Shown: in pieces, positions 8,226-17,102 of the stretch | Layout: each line of letters begins with the position of its first letter | How positions within the stretch are numbered: the stretch's first letter is position 1 | Assembly (NCBI GenBank): GCA_012271205.1 | Contig: JAAXGT010000180.1 | Span: forward strand, 505-64,504 | Direction of reading: 5' to 3' | Source of the DNA: Rhodothermales bacterium | GTDB taxonomy: Bacteria; Bacteroidota; Rhodothermia; Rhodothermales; Bin80 | DNA: 64,000 nucleotides | Made by a program: the position numbers and the translations under genes | Notes under the pieces: generated by a model | Seen by the model: the letters and a program-made list of their open reading frames with translations, nothing else | Database searches by the model: none | What the model was told of the DNA's origin: nothing

Positions 8226-9476
8226 TCACGCCAAATGGTCCGGAGTGTAGCGGGGCGGACGGCTGTGCACATTCTCGGATATATGGCCAAACGACGCCGG
8301 GCGTTGCATGCCGCTTAGTGCGCGTGTCATCACGGTTGTTGTAATAGAGGCCGTCCCCATTTTTCTGGCAAACGCCTCCACACCCTTGCGGGTTTTGTTG
8401 CGGATAAACACGATCGGAATCCGGTCGAGTCGCGCCTTGGCTTCGAGATCCCATGTGAGCTCCATCTGGGGTAGGGGACGGCCGGTCGGCTGATACGTGC
8501 AGGCCGGATCTTCGGCCAGATAGTCTCCGGTGGCTGCATAGCTGCGGCAACGGCACCCCCCGCAAAGCTCCTTGAATTCACACGTGCCGCAACGCCCCTT
8601 TAGGTTGGCGGTATCCCGGAGCGCATTGAAGACTTCGGATTTCCGCCAAATGCGGGAAAAGGACTCTTCCAGTACGTTGCCCGCAACTACATCCATATAG
8701 GGACAGGGAGTTACGTCACCTTCCGGGGTGATCCGGCAGTACTCGGTCGCAGCCATACATCCGCCACTCTCCATGCCACCTCGTCCCTTGGCATAGGCAA
8801 TCTGTTTGAACTGAGGTGCACACTTGCTGCGCACGAGCATCGGCCGGTAGTCATCTTGCGTATCAACCAGTTGCGAGAGCATCGCCTCGGTAGCGGCCGC
8901 AGACAGGTCGGTCATATCTTGGCCGCGACCCGTTTGAACCAAAAAGTACAGGTTGAATGACCATGCTCCCTTGTCGCGCGCAAAATCCAGCAGTGCTGGA
9001 ATCTCATTGTAATTTTCCTCCGTGATCGTGGTCTGCACGAGCACTTCGAGGCCCTCAGCCTTGCAAATTTCCAATGCGCGGACTGAGTGCTCCCAAGCTT
9101 TGCGTCCCCCCCGAAATGCATTGTGACGCCCGGGGTCGATCGAATCAATACTGATCCCGACACCCTTGACACCGCATTCCACCATCTTGCCGGCAACACG
9201 CTTGGTTATGAGGACGCCGTTTGTCCCCATTACCACCCACAATCCCAATTGACTGGCAGTGGAGGCCAATTCATAAATGTCCCGGCGAAGCAGCGGTTCG
9301 CCACCGGTCAAAATAAGCATTTCCGTGCCAAGCGCGTGCATTTCGTTCAATAGCGAAAGGCACTCGCTTGTCGTAAGCTCACGCGCAGCTGCCCGACCCG
9401 CGGAAAGGTAACAGTGCGGGCAACGCAGGTTGCACTTTTTAGTAAGATTCCAGGAAACCAGCGAAGGTGTGTACAC
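8226..9476 (-). CDS. Radical SAM/SPASM enzyme (NirJ/AhbC/AhbD-like) with C-terminal PCP_red-like module
   Basis: 'CNLRCPHCY' (CxxxCxxC), SPASM-like 'CGTCEFKELCGGCRCRS', and C-terminal 'LTWDLEAKARLDRIPIVFIRNKTRKGVEAFARKMGTASITTTVM'. Confidence 0.8.
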   Translation of the reverse strand: MYTPSLVSWNLTKKCNLRCPHCYLSAGRAAARELTTSECLSLLNEMHALGTEMLILTGGEPLLRRDIYELASTASQLGLWVVMGTNGVLITKRVAGKMVECGVKGVGISIDSIDPGRHNAFRGGRKAWEHSVRALEICKAEGLEVLVQTTITEENYNEIPALLDFARDKGAWSFNLYFLVQTGRGQDMTDLSAAATEAMLSQLVDTQDDYRPMLVRSKCAPQFKQIAYAKGRGGMESGGCMAATEYCRITPEGDVTPCPYMDVVAGNVLEESFSRIWRKSEVFNALRDTANLKGRCGTCEFKELCGGCRCRSYAATGDYLAEDPACTYQPTGRPLPQMELTWDLEAKARLDRIPIVFIRNKTRKGVEAFARKMGTASITTTVMTRALSGMQRPASFGHISENVHSRPPRYTPDHLA

Positions 9477-9484
9477 GCTGCTAC

Positions 9485-11020
9485 CTACTTATTGCGTTGT
9501 CGCGATGTACGCCAGCGGACCAGCCCGACGAGTGCCAGTTCCACCAGCAGCACGATGAGTGCCCACTTGGCCATGGGCCCTGCGGCAGACACTCTTTCCA
9601 TGGGCTCCAAGTACACGTGATACCAGGCGGATAGCCCACGCTTGTTGCCACGTTCATTGGCATATCCGTCCCAAACCGTGAAGGAAATTGGCACAAACGT
9701 AGCCTCGGCAAAAATCATGTCGCCGTGCTGGCGGGCTCCTTTCATCGTAACGGTCCACTTGCCGTCATTATAGTTGGCGGTGTGTTCCAACTGAAAGTCA
9801 GTCTCTGTAATGGCATTCGACCCCTGACCCGATAGCACCCGGGCCGAATCCGCAGCAAGGTCGGTATACCAAATGGACATCGGATTCCTGGGATCGCCAA
9901 ACATGAAATATGGCCGCTCCAATCCCTCGGGCATGGCTGCAGGAAGCAGCAATGCCACGGCATCGGACCAATTTCCCTGCGTCGTGTCGGGCTGATCCGG
10001 ATCAAACATGGCCACTTTCAAGCCGGGATGATTCATTCCCGTGGTTTCCGCCGTCATGTCGTGCCAGCTGAGCTGAAAGGCGATGTCCGTTTCATTGTAG
10101 ACGGCCCTTACGGCGATTCCGTTAACTCCCGGATGGAAGGCTCGGCCCTGCTCAATCACTTGGCCCACGATCGGGAAATATGCTTCCGGTACATTCACAA
10201 ACAAATCCACGTCCCCGGCCAGATCCAGCGGCCCGGGACGGCCGGTGGCAGTCACTACGGTTCCGTAATCAGGGTCATCCTCCGATAGTGACCACACATA
10301 ATCCACCAGCGCCCACCGGTCCTCCTCTTCAATTGTTTGCTGATAGGACGGCATTGGCGTGCCATTGAGGCCAGTGGTGAAGGTTCGATAAATATCTTCA
10401 CGAGTGGGACTGGCACGATAGGTCCAGCGCTTGGTCATGTCTGCAGGACGGATGGGATAACCCCAGTCGTCCATCAAATCGGGTGCTGACGGACCATTGC
10501 CCCGACCGTTTTCCCCATGACAGTCCGCGCACTGGTTGGCTTCAAAGACAGCACGTCCTCGCGTAAGATGGGCTTCATCGGTGTTGTACCGCGGAGCCTG
10601 GGGAATTTCAATCACTGTAGGGTTTCCGTACGGTCCCGCGAAAGCCTGATCAAAGGTCTTGAGGTAGTAGGCAAGGGCCGTAATTTCTGATTCAGATAAG
10701 ATGTCCTCCCAAGCCGGCATGCTGGTATACGGCATACCTTCCCGGATGCTGCGCTTGATATCTTCGGTGGTGGGCAACTCGCCACTTGGTGTGGATCGGA
10801 ACTTGTAGTTGCCTGAACTGAAGTCCCGCGGCGTCGGGTGCAAGTACGCAGTCGCCACACTCACGGCATCCCCGTTGTAGCCATGGCAATGCGCGCACTT
10901 GACGTCGTATAGCACTTTGCCTTCGGCCCGCTGTGCTTCCGTACCCAAGTCTTGGGACGCAGCGACACAGGGCAATAAGCAAAGCGTAAGAAAAAGCAAT
11001 AGGGGTCGCATACTGGTCAT
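9485..11020 (-). CDS. Dihaem c-type cytochrome fused to an EB_dh/DOMON-like haem-binding domain, C-terminal membrane anchor
   Basis: Signal peptide; 'CAHCH' and 'CADCH'. The C-terminal half ('IAFQLSWHD', 'PYFMFGDPRNPMSIWYTD') resembles the ethylbenzene-dehydrogenase gamma-type domain. Terminal TM helix 'WALIVLLVELALVGLV'. Confidence 0.65.
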   Translation of the reverse strand: MTSMRPLLLFLTLCLLPCVAASQDLGTEAQRAEGKVLYDVKCAHCHGYNGDAVSVATAYLHPTPRDFSSGNYKFRSTPSGELPTTEDIKRSIREGMPYTSMPAWEDILSESEITALAYYLKTFDQAFAGPYGNPTVIEIPQAPRYNTDEAHLTRGRAVFEANQCADCHGENGRGNGPSAPDLMDDWGYPIRPADMTKRWTYRASPTREDIYRTFTTGLNGTPMPSYQQTIEEEDRWALVDYVWSLSEDDPDYGTVVTATGRPGPLDLAGDVDLFVNVPEAYFPIVGQVIEQGRAFHPGVNGIAVRAVYNETDIAFQLSWHDMTAETTGMNHPGLKVAMFDPDQPDTTQGNWSDAVALLLPAAMPEGLERPYFMFGDPRNPMSIWYTDLAADSARVLSGQGSNAITETDFQLEHTANYNDGKWTVTMKGARQHGDMIFAEATFVPISFTVWDGYANERGNKRGLSAWYHVYLEPMERVSAAGPMAKWALIVLLVELALVGLVRWRTSRQRNK

Positions 11021-11023
11021 CTG

Positions 11024-11851
11024 TCAGTGCGGCATGCCTTGCGCCCGCGGTTCAAAGCCTGTAAACTCGTACAGGAAAATGATCACATCCCAGATTTCCT
11101 GTTCGGTAAGAAAATCCTCCCATGCCGGCATGGCGCTCGACCATGGGGTGGACTCACTTGGCAAGCCCGGTGCCCCCTTCGCAATGCGCCAGAACAAGTA
11201 TGATTCCTGCAACATCGCAATAGTAGTGGCATCATTGAAATTTGCGGGCAAGGGATCATAGCCGTGCGCAAACATGCCACTGCCCTCCATATTGTCCCCG
11301 TGGCAATAGAAGCAGTTCTGGAAGTAAATCCGGCGTCCGTTGGCCACATGCTCCGCAAAGGCCTCCGGATCACTATCCTCCAATTCCCGGTAAGGGTTGT
11401 TGGCTGTGGTGAGGTTCAGCGTCGTACCATTGAAATTGATGGAGGGGGGCGGAGGCGGGTGGATCGTCCGGCTGCTGCTCGGGGGTTGCGGGGCGGCCTT
11501 CGTTTCCAAGTAAACTCGCAGCGCAACCAAAAGCGGAAGTGCCACAAGTGCAATCAGAAGCGGAACCGCATACTGCCGGTCGACCATGAACCGCGTAATG
11601 GCCGACTGTGCCGCCTGCAATTCATCTGAATCCGCAGACAGGTAAGCGATCAGTGCGATCGTAATGATCGCCATGAAGAGCACTATGATGGAGTTCGGCA
11701 GCGGCGGATTAATGCCGTAAGAGAATGCGGCCCAGAGTGCCACCCACCACAGGGCCATCCACGCCAAGCGGTTGAGCTTGAGCCATCGTGTAACCACCAG
11801 CTGGATGGCCACCAGGGTAGCCGCTATGGCCAGTAGAACGACAAGATTCAT
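11024..11851 (-). CDS. Polytopic membrane protein with C-terminal monohaem cytochrome c domain
   Basis: About four hydrophobic helices, a Pro-rich linker ('HPPPPPS'), 'CFYCH' and a distal 'SAMPAW' Met. Confidence 0.7.
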   Translation of the reverse strand: MNLVVLLAIAATLVAIQLVVTRWLKLNRLAWMALWWVALWAAFSYGINPPLPNSIIVLFMAIITIALIAYLSADSDELQAAQSAITRFMVDRQYAVPLLIALVALPLLVALRVYLETKAAPQPPSSSRTIHPPPPPSINFNGTTLNLTTANNPYRELEDSDPEAFAEHVANGRRIYFQNCFYCHGDNMEGSGMFAHGYDPLPANFNDATTIAMLQESYLFWRIAKGAPGLPSESTPWSSAMPAWEDFLTEQEIWDVIIFLYEFTGFEPRAQGMPH

Positions 11852-11877
11852 CGAGCGGGCTCAGGTATAGTGGTGGC

Positions 11878-12672
11878 TTACAATGTGGTGAGGTACTCAA
11901 CCAGAGCCTGCAACTCCTGGGTGGAAACCTGGGCGTGGAAACCATTCGCGGTCAGCATTACGGACATTACGCCGGCTGTGAAGCCTTCGGTAATGGTCGC
12001 GTCCGGATCCACAATGGATTCGTAAATCTCCGCTTTGGACATTCGTTCGCCCAAGCCTTGTAAGGTCGGACCGGCTCCTGGCGCTCCATCCAGCGAATGG
12101 CATGTGTTGCAGAGATATGCTGTAAAGAGCGTCTCGGCATCGCGATCGCCACCAACAGCTGCAGCGGCTGGCACCGCTTCCGCCGCCGGGGCTTGCCCTT
12201 GCCACTCCAGTTCGGTGTCCATGGTCACCGTAGGTGTTCCGCCCAGCGACTGGAGATAGGCTATCACCGTCAGAATTTCTTCATCGGACAACGCTACCGG
12301 CGGTCGTGCGACATTGGGCATGCCGGCCACAAAGCCCTCCACCACATACGCATTTGGATCGTACATCGACTCCGCCAGATACTCTATGTCATTCTGACCC
12401 TCAACGCGCGAGCCCGCAATGGCGCCTATGTTGCCCAAGTCCGGAAAGCGCAGTCCGCTGCCACTTTCACCCATGGTGTGGCAGGTTAGACAAATCCCCT
12501 TTCCGGCTACGAGTTCTTCGCCAATCGGGACCATTTCCGCGGTGGACAGGTCACTGCTGATGGCAATGTCCTCAGGTGGCTCCGTGCGTTTCTGGGGTAC
12601 CCACAGACTGACGTACCAGTAAAAGGCACTCACGAGAATAGTGAAGCCGAATATTTGCAAGGCGTGTTTCAC
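11878..12672 (-). CDS. Membrane-anchored dihaem cytochrome c
   Basis: N-terminal TM helix; 'CLTCH' and 'CNTCH'. Confidence 0.75.
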   Translation of the reverse strand: MKHALQIFGFTILVSAFYWYVSLWVPQKRTEPPEDIAISSDLSTAEMVPIGEELVAGKGICLTCHTMGESGSGLRFPDLGNIGAIAGSRVEGQNDIEYLAESMYDPNAYVVEGFVAGMPNVARPPVALSDEEILTVIAYLQSLGGTPTVTMDTELEWQGQAPAAEAVPAAAAVGGDRDAETLFTAYLCNTCHSLDGAPGAGPTLQGLGERMSKAEIYESIVDPDATITEGFTAGVMSVMLTANGFHAQVSTQELQALVEYLTTL

Positions 12673-12702
12673 GATGTGGCCTTCGCTAAAGTTGGTATCT
12701 GA

Positions 12703-14475
12703 TTAACCGGTGTCTGTCCCCGATGGTGCAGTTCGTTTGAACCACTGCTTCTTCCCTTTTGGCACCCAATTCTTTTGCCCGGACAGTCCGGACAAGAAGA
12801 AGACGACAGCTATCAGCAGGAAGAAGATGATCACAATGACACTCACCACCATGCCTGCATAGCCTAATGTGGGCGTAAACGCGTCAACGGACGTATCTCG
12901 CATGACGCCGTATACATGCCAGTGCTGACGCATGCCGGCACGCACGTAGCCCATAAGCCCCATGAGCCATGTGAACGTAATGGCCAAAAAGAATAACGCG
13001 TATTGCGCGCGGTTGGGGATCTTGCCCCAGACGATTTCGCCCCGTGATTTGGCATTCTTCAATAGCAAGATGTCAATGACCGTTACCGAAATCATCGCAA
13101 AGAGCACCGAGAGCACCTGCGGGCGCGAAAGACCGATGCGCGTTTGAGCATCTACAAAGTAGCCGTAGACACCCAGGAAGACAACGTAGATCACTACCGC
13201 TGCAAAGATCCCGAATTGCACCCAATTGCCGGTCCGGGCCCAGGACACCGTTGCTTCTTTATTGGCTCTCCGGTACAGCAAAAAGCTTACGTACGTGGTC
13301 AGAATGAGCAGGTTCACCGCGGTATTCTTGGCGCTCATCACACCCAAAACGTTCAGGATCGGATGGTGGGAGCCACCCATGGCGCGGGCTTCTTCCACCG
13401 TGGCTACGAGCGAATGCGGCGTGGCCCACACGATGAAGCACACGGTAATGACCATCAACAGATACTTGATGAATCGGCGGAACCGCTCCGCTCCCGGAAT
13501 TCGCGCCATACTAAGCCACAAGTAATAATTGGCGGCCAAAAACAGATTCCCGATAAGTACAGCCTGCACAATGAAGAGCCACGAAAAGGTGCCCCCCATC
13601 AGCGTAATCCCAAGGCTCTGGTCGTACGCATAAATCTCAACGCCCAGCCAGTAGCCCGCAAAAGGGAGGGGAAGTAGCGCGCAAATTGCCACAAATATCC
13701 CCACATAGCCCATCCAGTCGTAGTGTGCCCTTTCCTCGGATGTGCGCGCCCCGAGAAATTTGTATGCGCCGTATGCTGCTCCAATGGCTCCGCCAAAGGC
13801 TACGTTGGCAATCAAACGGTGGATGTTGATGGGCATCCAGATGTAATTGTTGATCGCTTCCCAAATGTTTGTCAGGTTGCCTAGCTCATCAATGCCGCTT
13901 GGCGTATTCATAAACGTGAGCCAGGCATTGGCGATAAACATGATGGCAGTGCCCACAATGTTGAGCATCAGACCGAGAAAAAGGTGCACTCGAGGTGAAA
14001 ATTTGCCCCATCCGTAATAGTAGCTGTACAGGAAAATGGCCTCAAGGAAAAAGAGCAGGACGTAGGGCAAAAAGGTCCAACTGAAAATTTTGACCAGGTA
14101 TTGTGCAAGCGTCGGATAAAAAACGAGTAGTCCAAACGTCAGGAGAGCGCCCAACGTCGCCGTAAACGAAAACGAAACCGACAGCAACTTTGTGAAATCG
14201 TACGCCAGCTGGTCGAACCGCTTGTCTCCCGTCTTGTAGCCGATGTACTCTAGGACCAGTGCAAATATGGGCACGGCCAGCACGAAGGCCGCGAACATGA
14301 GGTGGAGTTCCGCTACAGCCCACATAAGCACGCGACTGCTCATAAACGGAAGGGCACGATAATCCTGGCTGGCCTCCTGTGGTGCTCCCCATGCCAGCTC
14401 TCCGCCAAGTGCACAAGCCACAAGAATGATGAGCCCTGTCAAAAGGGCGCGCAAGAGCTTCACGCGACGAATCAT
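12703..14475 (-). CDS. CydA-like protein (cytochrome bd oxidase subunit I superfamily), no CydB partner
   Basis: By-eye alignment to E. coli CydA: 'AELHLMFAAF' ~ H19 region, 'FFLEAIFLYSYYYGWGKF' ~ 'FFLESTFVGLFFFGWDRL' (E99), 'IANAWLTFMNTP' ~ 'VANGWMQNP', 'INIHRLIANV' ~ H186 region. Confidence 0.8.
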   Translation of the reverse strand: MIRRVKLLRALLTGLIILVACALGGELAWGAPQEASQDYRALPFMSSRVLMWAVAELHLMFAAFVLAVPIFALVLEYIGYKTGDKRFDQLAYDFTKLLSVSFSFTATLGALLTFGLLVFYPTLAQYLVKIFSWTFLPYVLLFFLEAIFLYSYYYGWGKFSPRVHLFLGLMLNIVGTAIMFIANAWLTFMNTPSGIDELGNLTNIWEAINNYIWMPINIHRLIANVAFGGAIGAAYGAYKFLGARTSEERAHYDWMGYVGIFVAICALLPLPFAGYWLGVEIYAYDQSLGITLMGGTFSWLFIVQAVLIGNLFLAANYYLWLSMARIPGAERFRRFIKYLLMVITVCFIVWATPHSLVATVEEARAMGGSHHPILNVLGVMSAKNTAVNLLILTTYVSFLLYRRANKEATVSWARTGNWVQFGIFAAVVIYVVFLGVYGYFVDAQTRIGLSRPQVLSVLFAMISVTVIDILLLKNAKSRGEIVWGKIPNRAQYALFFLAITFTWLMGLMGYVRAGMRQHWHVYGVMRDTSVDAFTPTLGYAGMVVSVIVIIFFLLIAVVFFLSGLSGQKNWVPKGKKQWFKRTAPSGTDTG

Positions 14476-14925
14476 GAGCGTTCTGAGAATGTCTGCAGGG
14501 GCTTTGCAGTGAAGGCGCGCAAAAAGAAACCAAAGGAATTGAAATAGTCAAGCGGTTTCACCTGTGGAACCGCTGGCCCTATCGGGGTTAACAGGTATTT
14601 AGCACAGTCTGACCGTTCCGAGAGTGATCTACGCCGTCGTTGGTATATGCGCCTTGGTTATTGCGGCCCTGTTGCTGCTTTTGGCCGTCAGGGTGCTATG
14701 GCAAAAAGAACAGGGCCATCCTGCCCAGTGCCCGCAGCCGCTTGTGCGCCGCCGCGCCGTAGCACGTAGCGTCAACGTTATGGCACACGCATTTCACGAA
14801 GAATCCCCATACTGCACGTACACCTACGGCCAGAGTTGCGGCCTGCCGGTCCCGTGGGAAGAAGATTTGTTGCTTCGGCGCAACTGAAGTATGTATAATG
14901 CGCCCACTACTTATTTTGACGTCGT

Positions 14926-16098
14926 ATGCTGCAAAAATTCATTGCGTGGCTGGACCGATACCGTGAAGTTGCTTTTGATCTGATTCGCATTTACGTCGGC
15001 GTTGGTCTCTTCGCGCGTGGGGTGCTTTTCGCTTTCGATGCCACTACTTTTGTTTCGCTGCTACCGGATGGGAGTCCAGTCTGGCTGACGGCACACGCGG
15101 CGCATGTAGGTGTGGCCATTCTGCACCTGATCGGGGGCCTGTGCATTGCCGCGGGATTCTGGACCCGCATCGCAGCATTTACACAGATACCCATATTGTT
15201 TGGGGCTGTCTTTTTGAGTCTGGGCAGCCTGTTCTCTGCGAGCCAGTCATTCGAGCTTTCATCCCTTGTCCTTTTTTTGTTGCTCCTGGTGGGAGTATGT
15301 GGCTCGGGGACTTGGAGTGTGGACCACGCACTGAAGCGCCCGCGAAATGAGTTGCAGCAGCTGCTGGACAAGCTGTATCAATTCCGTGCGCCCGCCTTTG
15401 ATCTGTTGCGCATGTATCTGGGTGTGGGCTTGCTCATTCGCGGCATGCTCTTTATTGCCGATGCCAACAATTTCATGGAGTTGATCGGCGGCGAATCAGC
15501 AGCTATGCTCCGATCAAGCGTGTTGTTGCACTACGTCGCTTTGTCACATTTTCTGGGCGGCTTCATGCTTCTTGCAGGTCTGCTTACACGCGTGGGCGCA
15601 CTTATTCAGATTCCGATTCTTGTTGGGGCAGTTTTTGTGGAAGAGATGCATGGCGGTCTGACGGCAGGTACACAGGGATTCGAAATCGCGGCACTGACGC
15701 TCTTTTTACTGGTGCTCATCTTTTTGTACGGGTCCGGTACCTGGTCCAGCGATTATTACCTCTTCCAGCGTCAGAGTGGCCCCACTCCGACGCGCCGAAT
15801 GAGAACCGCCAAGGCAGCTGAAATTATTGCAACCGAATTGCCGGAAGAACAGACCTTCGTCAATCCGGTGGAAATTCTGGCCGTTCCGGAAGCGCTGACT
15901 TCTCAGGAATCCATCGACGCCATCAAGTCCAATCCTCTCATTGTCTCCCAGGCGCGGTACAGTTTCTGGGGCTGGGCACTGTTTCTTCTGGACGTCACAC
16001 CACGCCCGCGCGAAATTGTATTCCGTAATGTGCACTCGGGACAAATCCTGCGGCGCAGCAAAGATCCAAAGGTGCTCGAACAATTCCGATACCGCTAA
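14926..16098 (+). CDS. Tandem DoxX-family membrane protein with soluble C-terminal extension
   Basis: Two similar halves ('AFDLIRIYVGVGLFARGVLF...' and 'AFDLLRMYLGVGLLIRGMLF...'), each ending in 'GSGTWS', typical of DoxX. Confidence 0.6.
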   Translation: MLQKFIAWLDRYREVAFDLIRIYVGVGLFARGVLFAFDATTFVSLLPDGSPVWLTAHAAHVGVAILHLIGGLCIAAGFWTRIAAFTQIPILFGAVFLSLGSLFSASQSFELSSLVLFLLLLVGVCGSGTWSVDHALKRPRNELQQLLDKLYQFRAPAFDLLRMYLGVGLLIRGMLFIADANNFMELIGGESAAMLRSSVLLHYVALSHFLGGFMLLAGLLTRVGALIQIPILVGAVFVEEMHGGLTAGTQGFEIAALTLFLLVLIFLYGSGTWSSDYYLFQRQSGPTPTRRMRTAKAAEIIATELPEEQTFVNPVEILAVPEALTSQESIDAIKSNPLIVSQARYSFWGWALFLLDVTPRPREIVFRNVHSGQILRRSKDPKVLEQFRYR

Positions 16099-16115
16099 GG
16101 GGCTTCGAAAACCGG

Positions 16116-17102
16116 GTGTCGGGCGAACAGCCGCTCTCATTTATCATGCATGTCACAGAGCTATTGGACCGCGCCACGGCACCGCTCTTCTCATTTGAAA
16201 TCATTCCGCCGTTGCGCGGCAGCTCAGCAGCCAAACTTATGTCGGCAGTTGAAGCCCTTATGCCGTTCAATCCGCCGTTTATCGACGTGACGAGTCACTC
16301 CGCGCAAGTGGTATATGAGGAGCTGCCGGATGGTACCCTCAGGAGGCGCATCAAGCGAAAGCGCCCCGGCACCATTGGCATTTGTGCAGCAATCAAGAGT
16401 CGTTTTGGAGTAGAGACCGTACCACATCTGCTTTGTCACGGTTTTACAAGGAGTGAAACAGAAGATGCGCTCATTGAACTGGACTATCTGGGTATCCAAA
16501 ATGTGATGGCGTTGCACGGCGATGATACCGGTGTCCAGAAGAAGCCGCCTCCCGGTGCCAGTGTTAACGAGAGTGCACTGGATCTGGTTGCGCAGATCCA
16601 CTCCATGAACCAGGGAACGTACTTGGAGGACTTAGTGGATGCCGTGCCAACGAATTTCTGTATCGGGGTCGCCGGGTACCCGGAAAAACATTTCCAAGCG
16701 CCTAATATGGCGTGGGACATTGATTTTCTGAAGCGCAAGCTGGCGGCCGGTGCTCATTATGTGACTACACAAATGTTCTTCGGTCCGGGCCACTTCAGGC
16801 GATTCGTTTCGCAGTGTCGGGCGGCTGGCATTTCTGCCCCCATTATTCCCGGCATCAAAGTGCTTACTTCCAAGCGGCAGCTGCAGCTCTTGCCCAAGCG
16901 ATTCTACGTGGAAATCCCCGAGGCACTGGCGGAAGAAGTTATCGACGCCTCCCCGGAGCACGTAGAAGAAATCGGTGTACGCTGGTGCGTCAAACAGTGC
17001 GAAGCGCTGCTCAACTACGGCACATCCTGCATTCACTTTTACGTTATGCAGCGCTCAAAGGCCGTTCGGCAGGTTATGGAGCGGCTGCAGCGGCTTTTAT
17101 GA
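16116..17102 (+). CDS. metF: 5,10-methylenetetrahydrofolate reductase
   Basis: 'LFSFEIIPPLRG' N-terminal motif and overall MetF-like sequence. ATG at 16146 is an alternative start. Confidence 0.85.
   Translation: MSGEQPLSFIMHVTELLDRATAPLFSFEIIPPLRGSSAAKLMSAVEALMPFNPPFIDVTSHSAQVVYEELPDGTLRRRIKRKRPGTIGICAAIKSRFGVETVPHLLCHGFTRSETEDALIELDYLGIQNVMALHGDDTGVQKKPPPGASVNESALDLVAQIHSMNQGTYLEDLVDAVPTNFCIGVAGYPEKHFQAPNMAWDIDFLKRKLAAGAHYVTTQMFFGPGHFRRFVSQCRAAGISAPIIPGIKVLTSKRQLQLLPKRFYVEIPEALAEEVIDASPEHVEEIGVRWCVKQCEALLNYGTSCIHFYVMQRSKAVRQVMERLQRLL

Noticed and set aside
14624-14887. 87-aa ORF with one hydrophobic helix in the spacer between the cytochrome operon and the DoxX gene
   Set aside because: It might be a real small membrane protein, but the C-terminal two thirds look random and there is no supporting signal. 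I left it uncalled.
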